The translations under genes and the position numbers were made by a program. Shown piece after piece: positions 1 through 9,551 of a stretch of DNA of 64,000 nucleotides (positions are counted from its first letter, which is position 1; every line of letters starts with the position of its first letter). A model generated the notes under the pieces. That model ran no database searches. It worked only from the letters and a program-made list of their open reading frames with translations, and was not told the origin of the DNA. This stretch comes from Patescibacteria group bacterium. Its GTDB lineage: Bacteria; Patescibacteriota; Patescibacteriia; JAHIZJ01. The DNA is taken from the NCBI GenBank assembly GCA_041661625.1, contig JBAZUB010000003.1:69004-133003 (forward strand). The letters are read 5' to 3'.

Positions 1-2143
1 TCTGCCGGAGATCTTGGTGCGCGAGGATCAAACCCAGCCGGTACTTCCGTGCACCCGAGAGGATCTGCTCCATCGTCGGCGTGATGAAGTTCTGGAATTC
101 GTCGATGTAGACGTAGAACGGGCGGCGCTCGGCTTCGGCCACCTCTTGACGGCTCATTGCGATCTGCTGAAGCTTGGAGACGAGGAGACTGCCGAGAAGG
201 TGCGCGTTCTCCTCGCCGATCGCACCCTGGGAAAGCCGAGCGAGCAGGATCTTCCCCCCGTCCATCATCCGGCGGAAGTCGAGACGATCGTCCTTCTGCG
301 CGACCATGTACCGGATGAGCTTCGGCCGAAGGAAGGTATCGAGACGGGTGAGGATAGATGCCTGCGGGCTCCCTCTGAGGAGGGAGAACTCCTTCTGCCA
401 GTAGTACACGACGTCAGGATCGCGAACGGTTGCGAGGAATTCTTCTCGGAAACCCTTCTCGACCAGGAACCGACGCAGATCGATCAGAGTCCCGCCCCGG
501 TCGCTTTCAAGGAAGGCGAGGATCGCGTTCCCGAGGACCGATGTCATCTGATCGCCCCACGAGGTGGAGAGTCTCCGGAAGACGGAGGCGAGATCGGAAG
601 AGAGGAGCGTCTTTTCGAGTTCTGAGTGCGCCGAGAGGATGTTGAACCCCACCGGGAATTCGGCATCGGCCGGATCCAAGAGGATGACGTCGTCGATCCG
701 TTCTTCCGGCACTCGCTCCAGGATCTGGTCGATGAGATCACCATGCGGATCCAGAACGGCGATACCCTGGCCTGTCTTCAGATCCTGAAGGATGAGGTTC
801 AGAAGGAGCGTGGACTTCCCCGTGCCCGATGCGCCGATGACGTACATGTGCCGTGATCGCTGGTCCGCAGTGAGCGCCACTTGCGCGGTTTTTCCGGCGT
901 GGACATTCGCGCCGAGGAGTAATCCCTGTCCGGTGGCAATTGCCGGTGCGGCCCGTGTCTTCCGTTCCTCGCGTTTCAGTTTCTCGACACGCACGGAGGC
1001 CGAGGGCGGGTGAACCAGGGAGACGAGCTCCTCAGTCGAGAGGATCATTCCGCTCCGATGGCTCTTGCGGAGCAACAAATCCGACTGGTGCTCGGCGTCA
1101 TCGTACCCGTCGTTTGCTAGCGGCATGAACTCGTTCCCGGCCGGGTTGGCGAAGCTTCTGAGGCTACCACCGACCGCGCGGGCGATCTCCCAGGCGCGAC
1201 CCAGGTCCGGGCTCTTCACGCCGATCCGAACGACCGCCGCGAGGAGTGGATGCGCGATCTTGACCTTGGCAGCAGCGGCGATCTCCGGTGCATCCTCGAA
1301 GAAAGCTTTCCCCTCGTGATCCAGAACCGCCCGCATCATACTCTTGGCCCACGGATGACGGACCGCCTGGAAGAGCACTTGCACGACGGCTACTTCACCC
1401 ATTTCGAGGTCCGAATGCGCCGAAACGACACCGATCAGGGGATCGATCTCGAAACCCTTGAAGGTGCGAAGCGGCAGCATGAATTCGTGGGAGAGCCCGA
1501 AGTCGACCAAGATCGCGGCTCCATCCGGCGACGCTTCCCAAGTCGACCGGAGGAAGTCGTTCTCCTGGGTCAGAACGACTTCGGGAAAGTAGCCCTTGAG
1601 CTGCTGTGACACCTTCGCCGCGTCGGTCTCCCGAACGGCCAAATGGACCATGATCGAATCAGGTAGGCCGACGACCTCGAACGACAGCGGGCCGGCCGCG
1701 ATCGGAAGACTCGCGAGAAACTGCTCGACCGCCTCCCGAGAGACTTTGAGCGGAGGAGGGACCGAAAGCTTCAGTTCGACGATCGGGGAATCGTCATCAT
1801 CAACCTCGACTTCCGGCGTCTCGGGCTCCAGTTCGTCGAAATCCCACGACACCGTTGGCCGACGCTTGCCGGTGACGATCCGTTCGATACCCTCCGTGAT
1901 TCGGGAGACGAGCGTGGGTCTGCGTCCATCGTCGGTCCCCGGATCACGCGGCGGCACCCAGTGGTACCTGAACGGGACGAATGGCGGCTCGAGTTCGACC
2001 GGAAACGGGTGGAGAAGCCATCCTCGGCCGCGCTTCTCCCAGTCGTAGAACTGGGTGGTGAGACGTTCGACCTGGCTCGGTGCATATTCGTCGGCCGAGG
2101 TCTGGTCATCCTCCCAGGGGACGATGTCCCGTTCGTCCACCAT
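1..2143 (-). CDS. P-loop ATPase of the VirB4/VirD4/HerA(DUF87) conjugative-transfer superfamily; partial, C-terminus runs off the window start
   Basis: Manual minus-strand translation: ATG at 2143-2141, 8 bp after the stop of the upstream gene. Walker A is MYVIGASGTGKST (about 811-847), followed by VLDPHGD, then Walker-B-like YVYIDEFQNF (about 100-130). About 380 aa of N-terminal domain precede the P-loop, as in VirB4. Not in the ORF track because there is no in-window stop. Confidence 0.7.
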   Translation of the reverse strand, partial: MVDERDIVPWEDDQTSADEYAPSQVERLTTQFYDWEKRGRGWLLHPFPVELEPPFVPFRYHWVPPRDPGTDDGRRPTLVSRITEGIERIVTGKRRPTVSWDFDELEPETPEVEVDDDDSPIVELKLSVPPPLKVSREAVEQFLASLPIAAGPLSFEVVGLPDSIMVHLAVRETDAAKVSQQLKGYFPEVVLTQENDFLRSTWEASPDGAAILVDFGLSHEFMLPLRTFKGFEIDPLIGVVSAHSDLEMGEVAVVQVLFQAVRHPWAKSMMRAVLDHEGKAFFEDAPEIAAAAKVKIAHPLLAAVVRIGVKSPDLGRAWEIARAVGGSLRSFANPAGNEFMPLANDGYDDAEHQSDLLLRKSHRSGMILSTEELVSLVHPPSASVRVEKLKREERKTRAAPAIATGQGLLLGANVHAGKTAQVALTADQRSRHMYVIGASGTGKSTLLLNLILQDLKTGQGIAVLDPHGDLIDQILERVPEERIDDVILLDPADAEFPVGFNILSAHSELEKTLLSSDLASVFRRLSTSWGDQMTSVLGNAILAFLESDRGGTLIDLRRFLVEKGFREEFLATVRDPDVVYYWQKEFSLLRGSPQASILTRLDTFLRPKLIRYMVAQKDDRLDFRRMMDGGKILLARLSQGAIGEENAHLLGSLLVSKLQQIAMSRQEVAEAERRPFYVYIDEFQNFITPTMEQILSGARKYRLGLILAHQDLRQ

Positions 2144-2151
2144 CGTTCATC

Positions 2152-2862
2152 CTACCTGCGCAGAAGATCCCGCATGATCGGCTTCTTTTCGTCCTCGGTC
2201 ATCGCCCTCAGGCCCTTCGCCGTGGTGACAGCGTCGATCGACTCGTTCACCGCCGCGCTGACGGCGGACTGGAACATGAGTTTCGTGTCGATACGGTAGT
2301 AGGTCTCGGGGCGGAAGAAGTGCTCATATAGAGGACCTAGAAGCGGGACAGCCAGGATAGGGTCATCCGGATCCATGTCGAAAAGCCGTGTGATCCCTCG
2401 ATAGATAAGGTAGACCACGATGATCGTTGCCAGCGTGATGAGCAGCCGGATGAGCAGGCCTGGTCCATAGCGGTGGAACATCTGAACCCACAGGCGGGAG
2501 ACGACCTTGCCGACGCCGCTGCGAAGAACGAAGTATCCGATGATCGCACCAAGCAGGATGGCCCAGCAAAGGACCCGGTTCGGCCGTTTCTCGCCGAGCC
2601 ACCAAGAAAAGAAGTACCCGGTGCCGTAGGGTGCCGCGCAGAGGTCGAACGCCAGCTTCTGGCGGGTGAAGCGAAGGTACTCACGCTTGGCGGAGAGCGT
2701 CCCGCCCTCGTGGAGGTCGACCCGGGATACTGAGACGTCCGGAATCTGACGCTGTTGCACGGCGGCCTCGACCGAGGCGTAGAAATCCATGGCCGAAGTT
2801 TGGAATCCATCGAACGGCTTGTGCCAGTGCGAGAACATGTTGGCCAGCAAGGTCTTCGCCAT
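2152..2862 (-). CDS. Polytopic membrane protein, unknown function; co-oriented and nearly contiguous with the downstream ATPase
   Basis: 236-aa ORF with several hydrophobic helices (WAILLGAIIGYFVL, LLITLATIIVVYLIY). Its stop lies 8 bp before the ATPase start. Confidence 0.55.
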   Translation of the reverse strand: MAKTLLANMFSHWHKPFDGFQTSAMDFYASVEAAVQQRQIPDVSVSRVDLHEGGTLSAKREYLRFTRQKLAFDLCAAPYGTGYFFSWWLGEKRPNRVLCWAILLGAIIGYFVLRSGVGKVVSRLWVQMFHRYGPGLLIRLLITLATIIVVYLIYRGITRLFDMDPDDPILAVPLLGPLYEHFFRPETYYRIDTKLMFQSAVSAAVNESIDAVTTAKGLRAMTEDEKKPIMRDLLRR

Positions 2863-3124
2863 CTCCCCTCCCCATTGTGAACCGACAATCTCGATTAGGC
2901 ATTTCCCAGGCTAGTCCCCGACGCGCCGCAACGCAACCGCCAAGTGTTGCCCGTACCTAGACTCCCACTCCCCGTACTCCGGGACCGCGGAACAGAGGAA
3001 GGCAGAAGGCGGTGTCGTCGAAAACGAGGGAAAGAGCCCCTCGTTGGGGATGGGGAACGGTACTCCCAAAGAGCCGAGGAAGTCGGAACTACCGGGGGAC
3101 GGCGCACGACTATATTGAAGTCCG

Positions 3125-4294
3125 CTAGCTTCTCTTGAAGAGCAGGACATGCTCATGGGTTATTCTACTATTCCGAACATTGAACGAGCGCTTCGTCGCC
3201 TGAAGCGTACGAATCCATCTCTCTTCCAGAGGCATACCATGATTTCGAAACAGTTTGATGAATGTGTCACCCACAGGCACAGCGCGCTTATTGACGATCG
3301 CATCTCCGACAACAAACAAACACCTGCCACCCGGACGCAACACCCTGGACCACTCGCGCAGGCAATTCTCCATATCGGTAAAGTACTTGTCTGCGGTGGC
3401 CTTCGGCCGGGTGAACTCGTCGTGGCTTCCAATCTCGAGGTCACGAGCAAATGCGACGTCCCCGTCTAACCAGTGAATGCGTTGGCGGTGATACTTGTGA
3501 TAGTCATAGGCGTTCAGGTAAGGAGGCGATGTGACGATCAGAGTCACGCTCCGATCCCGAATGAATGGCACTTTGCGGGCATCAGCCAGCTTGAGTGTCA
3601 CTTTGGCGCGCGGCCCTCGTGGAGCGTCATCCAACCTTCTTACCGTGTCCAGCAGTCGAAGACGGAACAGCGAACCGACGTCCGCAACGGTCACGTCTCG
3701 TGGCACTCGCGCATATCTTGTGTCGCTATCCTGAAAGGAGACGCGCACAATAATGGACGAAAAGATGGACTGAAGCAAAACCTTCTCGGGTTGTTTCTCG
3801 CTAAGTATCAGTCCTTTGAGAGCCGCGAGCCGGTCCATGATGTCCTTGGTGAACCAATAGGGAACATGGTCGTTGCTCGGTATCAACTCCGGCCGGGCAA
3901 CCGCTGCAGTCAGCCAGTTCTCTACGGACTCTGCAAAGATCCGTAAACGGCTGATACTGCGCTTTGTATAGTGAAGAGTCTTGGCTCGGCTCACCAGTAT
4001 AGCAATGTCGTTATTGTCTGTCCCGATTGACGGCCGTCCAAGAATGCTGGCCTCGAGCAAGGTAGTACCGCACCCGCAAAACGGGTCGTATACCAGTTCT
4101 CCGGGCTTGCTCCACTGCTCGATCGCCTTTCGCGGTATCTGCGGAATAAACCGGGCAGGATAGGGATGCAGAGAATGAAGGTGCTCCTGCGTGTCGACAC
4201 CATGGAAATTCCAGCCCTTCCCGTTTGTGACGAGAGCGCCTTCATCTGCTGTTGTGTATATTGCTCGGCGTTCCATGGTTATGCTTTGAAACAC
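3125..4294 (-). CDS. SAM-dependent DNA amino-methyltransferase (N6A/N4C type)
   Basis: Motif-X-like HPYPARFIPQIPRKAI, motif I DPFCGCGTT, motif IV IVTSPPY. Overlaps the upstream MTase gene by 16 nt. Confidence 0.7.
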   Translation of the reverse strand: MFQSITMERRAIYTTADEGALVTNGKGWNFHGVDTQEHLHSLHPYPARFIPQIPRKAIEQWSKPGELVYDPFCGCGTTLLEASILGRPSIGTDNNDIAILVSRAKTLHYTKRSISRLRIFAESVENWLTAAVARPELIPSNDHVPYWFTKDIMDRLAALKGLILSEKQPEKVLLQSIFSSIIVRVSFQDSDTRYARVPRDVTVADVGSLFRLRLLDTVRRLDDAPRGPRAKVTLKLADARKVPFIRDRSVTLIVTSPPYLNAYDYHKYHRQRIHWLDGDVAFARDLEIGSHDEFTRPKATADKYFTDMENCLREWSRVLRPGGRCLFVVGDAIVNKRAVPVGDTFIKLFRNHGMPLEERWIRTLQATKRSFNVRNSRITHEHVLLFKRS

Positions 4295-5898
4295 AAGATT
4301 GTCTCGGCCGACCCCCGATTCTCCCGAAAGATATCACGCGACACTAGCAGCTCCATCGGGATCATTTCAAGGCCCTTCCAGCCAACCTGTTGTCCAATCG
4401 CAAACAGGAATCGGTCGGTAGGAATCTCCACCTTCTCACCGTTTACGGTGCTGCTGTTGTTCCCGACTACATAATACGCGTAGCTCCCCGGGGCCATGAG
4501 TGATCGCGCTGAGCGCATGGCATCGCTCATGGCGAGGAAGTATCGAGCCAGCAACGAGGGCAGGTTACGTCTACGAAAGCCGACATCCGGACCGTGGTTG
4601 TGCGACGCAATTCGCTCGATCAGTGAGATGGTTTCGCGAGGCAGTTCCTTCTTTCGGGTCTCGAACTGGCTCCATCCCTGGAGTCGTTCCTTGTCAGTGA
4701 TCTCTCGCGTGCCTACCATCAAGCTCTCAACATCCCCATGGCGTTGTCGCGAGAGGAGGCCAAGGACGACAAGGCTAAGCCTATCCGTGTCAATGTAAGG
4801 CAAGGCTGTCGCGTATGGAGGCGACGTCACCAGCAAATCGACCTTCCCCACATACTCGGGGAAAAGCTCATCAAGTTGCACCGCGTTGCCCTGCACGACT
4901 TTGAGGGTTCGCTTTCGGGACCGTGGAAGTACACAGAGGTACGGATAGATCCGGTCGGTCTGCTCCTCCACCTGGGTCCGAAACTTCTCCAGTGCTGCTC
5001 CCTGAAGATACGGTCTGACGTCCTTACGAACGCGGAGGTCCACCTCCTTTTGCCAGGATACTGAGCGCACGATCTCGCTCAGGCAGACTCGTAGGAAATC
5101 TCGGTAGAGAGCGGAATCGACTCTTTCTATGCTTCGTAAAATAGCCGCGATGTCCTTGAGGGCGGGTTCTGCAAACCACCGGCGCAGGTACGCAAGATCG
5201 TGCCCTTGCCAGAAGTGGTCGGGTTCGGAGTCCCGGAACTTCAGTTTGCGAAGGTATGCGTCGATGGTCTCGGCGAACACCTCGGGGCGTTCGCGGACAA
5301 TGCCAGCTTTCACCTTGGCAATAAGGACCGAGAGCGGGTTCAGGTCCGCTGCCAAAGCGGCGCGGCCGGCTGCTACTGTCTCGCATGGTGTTGTGCCGCT
5401 GCCGCACATCGGATCGAGGACTAGGCCGTCATCCGGCACCCCGGATATGTTCATCAGACTGCGAACGAGTTGGGGGAAGAACTTCCCCCGATATTCATGC
5501 AGGTCGTGAGGCCCGTAGCGAAGCCTTCGTGCCCGGTGAAGTTCGGTCTTCTCCGTGGTGCTCTCAGATCCGTTCTGAGTGAACTCAAGTGCGTTCTGCA
5601 CCGTAGGTTCAAGAACGGTTGTGCCGACCCGTTGCCAGTAGGTCAGGCGTTCCCGGAAGTACTGAACAGGTCGTCCTGAACGAACAAGGTGAAGGCCATA
5701 CTTCTCGGCAACCGGGCCGTCTCCCTGGAGAAGGGCTTGCAGTTCGCGAGTGGCCAGCTCGCGCTCGAATGGTTGGAGATAGGGTTTCATCTCAAACTTC
5801 AGTGAGTCCTTGTCGTTGGCGAGCAGCAACGGAGGGAAAATCGAAAATCTCCGCTGAATCATGTTCGCGATATCTATTGGCATCATGCGTTTTGGCAT
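4279..5898 (-). CDS. SAM-dependent DNA amino-methyltransferase (N6A/N4C type), second copy
   Basis: LHEYRGKFFPQLVRSL then motif I LDPMCGSGTT, motif IV LLVTSPPY. 539 aa. Overlaps both neighbouring genes by 16 nt. Confidence 0.7.
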   Translation of the reverse strand: MPKRMMPIDIANMIQRRFSIFPPLLLANDKDSLKFEMKPYLQPFERELATRELQALLQGDGPVAEKYGLHLVRSGRPVQYFRERLTYWQRVGTTVLEPTVQNALEFTQNGSESTTEKTELHRARRLRYGPHDLHEYRGKFFPQLVRSLMNISGVPDDGLVLDPMCGSGTTPCETVAAGRAALAADLNPLSVLIAKVKAGIVRERPEVFAETIDAYLRKLKFRDSEPDHFWQGHDLAYLRRWFAEPALKDIAAILRSIERVDSALYRDFLRVCLSEIVRSVSWQKEVDLRVRKDVRPYLQGAALEKFRTQVEEQTDRIYPYLCVLPRSRKRTLKVVQGNAVQLDELFPEYVGKVDLLVTSPPYATALPYIDTDRLSLVVLGLLSRQRHGDVESLMVGTREITDKERLQGWSQFETRKKELPRETISLIERIASHNHGPDVGFRRRNLPSLLARYFLAMSDAMRSARSLMAPGSYAYYVVGNNSSTVNGEKVEIPTDRFLFAIGQQVGWKGLEMIPMELLVSRDIFRENRGSAETILCFKA

Positions 5899-6911
5899 TG
5901 TGACACGTGATATGAAGCGTTGATCGCTTCGATCGGTGTCTTGTCGGATCCAAATGGCAGAGGGATGTCCCGCATTTGAAAAGCGGGAATATCCATCGGC
6001 AGCGTCCTCAAGTGTGATCGATATGCGGCCAGCCTGTCCGAACCAGCGGCGCGTATGGCGTCGTCCGTCTCTCTCAACAGGAGCGTCTCTACCTGGGCCG
6101 AAACCAGTGGCGAATGGATCGGTTTATCGCGAGCCGTTCTCTTAGCCGTGCCCATATAGGCGTCGATCTTGCCAGAAATGGCGAAGTCGCACCATCCGAT
6201 GGGAAGTGCGTCCGCGCAAGCAGCGATGATAGTGCCAATCCCCGGAGGGAAGAGCTCGGCATGCTCCAGTACCAGTAACGCTCGCAGTCGGAAATACTCC
6301 ATACTGATATATCCCAAACGAGGGCACTTTGCCGGGGCGACGATGTCAGTGGCAAGGTCTTCAGCGAGAGTTGGTGTCAGTTGGCCTGCCGAGCGAATGA
6401 CCTCGACGGCCAGCGCCATGGACAGGGTGAGTTCCGATTTCATTCGATGCCGTAGCATCGTCGCGCTGACGTCCTTGTCGTAAATCAGCCCGTCAGTTTG
6501 CCGCTTGTTCAGCAGAAGCGCGGAGTACCTAACGTGATCGATGCCGTTGGGGCGTAGCTGGCGCTCGATCCACCATCGGGTATGAATGGCATGGATGGTT
6601 GGTTGGAGGTACTGTCCTCCGAAGTGGTATAACTGATTGCCGTATTGTTCTGAGTAGGCAACTGGGACATCGTTGACCGTGAGAAGTTCCTCCATGATGC
6701 CGAGCCAGTCGTGCCGAATGTGTCCATCCAATACCAGGTCGATGAGCGACGCCTGCAGGCAGACGGAAGCGGCTGCCAAACCGTGGTCAGCCTGCTGGAT
6801 TGCATTCTCGCGCCATTCTTTCAGGTAAGCGGCATGGATTGGCAGAATGAAGCCCGGAGCTAGCGTGATCTGGGGTGTAATAATGTGTTCAGGCATTGTA
6901 AAAAGCCGCAC
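5883..6911 (-). CDS. Hypothetical protein, 342 aa, third gene of the 4-gene overlapping operon
   Basis: Long ORF, translationally coupled by overlap on both sides. No motif recognised. Confidence 0.5.
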   Translation of the reverse strand: MRLFTMPEHIITPQITLAPGFILPIHAAYLKEWRENAIQQADHGLAAASVCLQASLIDLVLDGHIRHDWLGIMEELLTVNDVPVAYSEQYGNQLYHFGGQYLQPTIHAIHTRWWIERQLRPNGIDHVRYSALLLNKRQTDGLIYDKDVSATMLRHRMKSELTLSMALAVEVIRSAGQLTPTLAEDLATDIVAPAKCPRLGYISMEYFRLRALLVLEHAELFPPGIGTIIAACADALPIGWCDFAISGKIDAYMGTAKRTARDKPIHSPLVSAQVETLLLRETDDAIRAAGSDRLAAYRSHLRTLPMDIPAFQMRDIPLPFGSDKTPIEAINASYHVSQCQNA

Positions 6912-8475
6912 AAGGATCAGGAGCTATCCGGTGAAATACTGCATACATCAGCAAAGGGAAATACCATCTACAGAGAGAGGATGATGCCCAGAAGTCGATA
7001 CGGGCGACGCCGGCTCCGGTGGGCTCGACGTGGGAGTATCTGTCCCCGTAGTTTGCCCGAAGAAGACTCGGTTGTTCGAGGGGCATATCAGCGACGTTGA
7101 GAGCCCACTCCTTTATGGGCAACGATACCTCGATAGTACGGAGTTTGCCGTCACCGCTGTTACCTCCGCGGAGCATCGGCACGCCGTTCTTGAGCGCGGT
7201 CACCACGAGTTCGGGGAAGTACTGGGAACCGACCTTCACTTTCCATGCGTCCAGGCAGTACTGGACCGGAAAGAGGCGTTGTAGCGAGCGGAGCATCAAT
7301 TCAAGACTGGTGCCCTCCGAGGATGTGAATCCCAGAGCGAGCGGACCAGGGCTCGAGTTGAACATCGTTATGAGCTTTTCTTTGGGCGTCGATCCTTCGG
7401 CTAGGTATAGGCCGGCTACATACGACCATAGTGGGTCGATACGAAGCGAGCGGTGAAGTACGACCTCGCTTGATTGTCGCCATTGGCCGACGAGATTATT
7501 GCCTACAGGCGCGAGGCGCAACGGTCGAGTGCAGTTGATTTGACCATAGGGATTATCGGCAAAGAACTGTGCGACGTCAATATGTTCGCCGACCGTGGAA
7601 GGGGTGGCGGCCCATTGGACCAGGCCCGAGCTCGAGGTCTGAGAGTCGCTCAGAATCGAGTCCTCGACCTCATGCATCATCTTCAGGAACAATTCCCCAA
7701 TACCGTTAAGACCGCCGACACCGAGTTCATCCGATCTGCTGGAGCCTCCTGGAAGTCTTGCGCCCTTCTTGAATGGTCGACGGACTGACGCGGCGACTTT
7801 GATATCCGGGCCGATGGGAATGCCGACGGCAGCTATTTGGGCCGTCTTTTCACGCGCGAGAATAATCTCCATCGCGGTCTTGTGCTGGTAGTAGAAAGAA
7901 AGGTGCTCTTCAGGGGTGCCAGGAACGTCCGGGCGCACTTCGGCCAAGTACCGCGAGTCTGGGTCCGTAAGTCTGGCGCGCACTGTGGCGAGGGGGACGG
8001 GAGCAGGGACGTCCGAATTGGCTGTTTCCCGATAATACAATCGGAGCCTATCGGCACCGACGCCGTCCATGAAGTAGGCACTATCCTCGCCAAGGTAGAA
8101 TGTGAAGCGGACCTGGCTCGGAAAGAATTTGCGGAACTGGTCGACCGCAAAACGGATGAGATTCTGTTCCTTTTGGGAAAAGGAAATCGTAGGGACGATC
8201 CGAGTGGTGTCGTGCCTGTCCTCAGACCCTTTCGCTCCGTCACCGCTATAGAGCCCCAAGAAGGCGACCAGCTCTTCATCGAGCTCGACTGTGCGCGGAA
8301 TCGTGACCGTATCGCCGAAGCCATCCTCGCGGCGCAGGACGAGGTTCTCACCCTCAATCGCGAAGGAATACCGCTGGCGGTACTTCCGGTCCTTCGCATC
8401 CGTGATGACGCTCCCGGTGACGAGCCCCTGTACTGCGATCAAGTATTGTTCTGTTCGTAGGTGTCCTAGAATCAC
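6889..8475 (-). CDS. Hypothetical protein, 528 aa, with two LAGLIDADG-like motifs (possible nuclease)
   Basis: FLGLYSGDG at about aa 72-80 resembles an intein/I-DmoI motif 1. VAGLYLAEGS at about aa 353-362 resembles I-DmoI motif 2 GLYVAEG. First gene of the operon, with a 320-bp intergenic region upstream. Confidence 0.45.
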   Translation of the reverse strand: MILGHLRTEQYLIAVQGLVTGSVITDAKDRKYRQRYSFAIEGENLVLRREDGFGDTVTIPRTVELDEELVAFLGLYSGDGAKGSEDRHDTTRIVPTISFSQKEQNLIRFAVDQFRKFFPSQVRFTFYLGEDSAYFMDGVGADRLRLYYRETANSDVPAPVPLATVRARLTDPDSRYLAEVRPDVPGTPEEHLSFYYQHKTAMEIILAREKTAQIAAVGIPIGPDIKVAASVRRPFKKGARLPGGSSRSDELGVGGLNGIGELFLKMMHEVEDSILSDSQTSSSGLVQWAATPSTVGEHIDVAQFFADNPYGQINCTRPLRLAPVGNNLVGQWRQSSEVVLHRSLRIDPLWSYVAGLYLAEGSTPKEKLITMFNSSPGPLALGFTSSEGTSLELMLRSLQRLFPVQYCLDAWKVKVGSQYFPELVVTALKNGVPMLRGGNSGDGKLRTIEVSLPIKEWALNVADMPLEQPSLLRANYGDRYSHVEPTGAGVARIDFWASSSLCRWYFPLLMYAVFHRIAPDPCAAFYNA

Positions 8476-8797
8476 AGCATCTGTTCCTGTTTAGTATTAA
8501 TAGCCGGCCTGATCCGACCATTCCTTGGCGAAGACGCCGGATATGCTACTGGTCCAAGGCGACCGCCTGTCACCCCTCATGTCGAATCTTCCTGAAGCCC
8601 CTCCAAGCCCATCCCAAGGACTGGGTCGGAATGGCGCGCCGCAGGACATCGGAAGTGGCGCAAGTTACAAAAAATCATCAGCTTACGCCTCTTTATCATA
8701 CCGATTTGTTCGAGCCTAGTCAATCTGCCACAACTCCGTAAGTTAGCGCAACTCAATAGAAAGAGGCTGGTCCTTCGGGGAGCAGCCTCATGGTGGA

Positions 8798-9526
8798 TCA
8801 GAGCGCGAGTGCGCTCCGGAAGGTGCTGGAGAGTCGGAGCCCGGAGTCCATTTGGACCCGCGGACTCCGGGACTTGCTGACTTCGGTGAAGGCGTTGTAG
8901 AGCGACCAGGCGGTCCGGGGAGCAAACTCCTCGTGGGCGGGCGTCTCCCACGCCTCGATCACCTTCGGGAGGTTCGAGGCTGGCAGGACGTCCTGCCGGA
9001 CGGCCTCGACCATGAGGTGGTCAGCCGCCTCGACGGAAAGCTCAAGCGCCTTCATCGCCACGATTTCGGCGTGGATCCGGCTCTGCATTGAGGAGACCTT
9101 CGAGAGCATGCGGTAGATCAGGTCCGGAAGATCCCGAAAGATGTTGATGGTGTGCCTGCGGGTCGCGGCGGCCTCTCCAGAGAAGGCGAGGTTGTCGCAG
9201 ACGAAGACGTGGTGGCCGGCGGTGAGATTTGCAGAGAGGGACCGGTCGTAGCTGTTTCGGAGACCGATCGCGAGGGCGTAGTCGGCGTGCTTCCCGCCGT
9301 TCCGGCAGGTCAGTACCCCGAACATCTGGGCGCCGTCGCGGGCAAGCGCGTAGCAGGCATCGGTGATCGTGAGGCCGAAGCGCGGAACATGGAGTTCGAC
9401 TTCCTCGACGAACCGGCCGTAGGGCACCGGGACGTAGGAGTCGGTTTCGGAAGGAACAGGGACGGAAGCCAGGTCGGCTTTGGTCGCCTCCCAACCTCCG
9501 CGATGGAGAATGAGCTGACTGGACAT
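8798..9526 (-). CDS. Conserved hypothetical protein typical of integrative/conjugative elements (DUF932-like?)
   Basis: 242-aa ORF containing HHVFVCDNLAFSG. The family assignment is from memory only. Confidence 0.35.
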   Translation of the reverse strand: MSSQLILHRGGWEATKADLASVPVPSETDSYVPVPYGRFVEEVELHVPRFGLTITDACYALARDGAQMFGVLTCRNGGKHADYALAIGLRNSYDRSLSANLTAGHHVFVCDNLAFSGEAAATRRHTINIFRDLPDLIYRMLSKVSSMQSRIHAEIVAMKALELSVEAADHLMVEAVRQDVLPASNLPKVIEAWETPAHEEFAPRTAWSLYNAFTEVSKSRSPRVQMDSGLRLSSTFRSALAL

Positions 9527-9551
9527 GACGGGGACCTTCCTTTCCAGAGTT

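Noticed and set aside
14-2109. Plus-strand ORFs 14-625, 430-645, 1250-1609 and 1596-2048 and the minus-strand ORF 1771-2109 in the first 2 kb
   Set aside because: All are alternative-frame or antisense artefacts of a high-GC gene. Manual translation shows one continuous minus-strand ORF (frame with codon starts = 1 mod 3) from 2143 to beyond position 1, with Walker A and B motifs.
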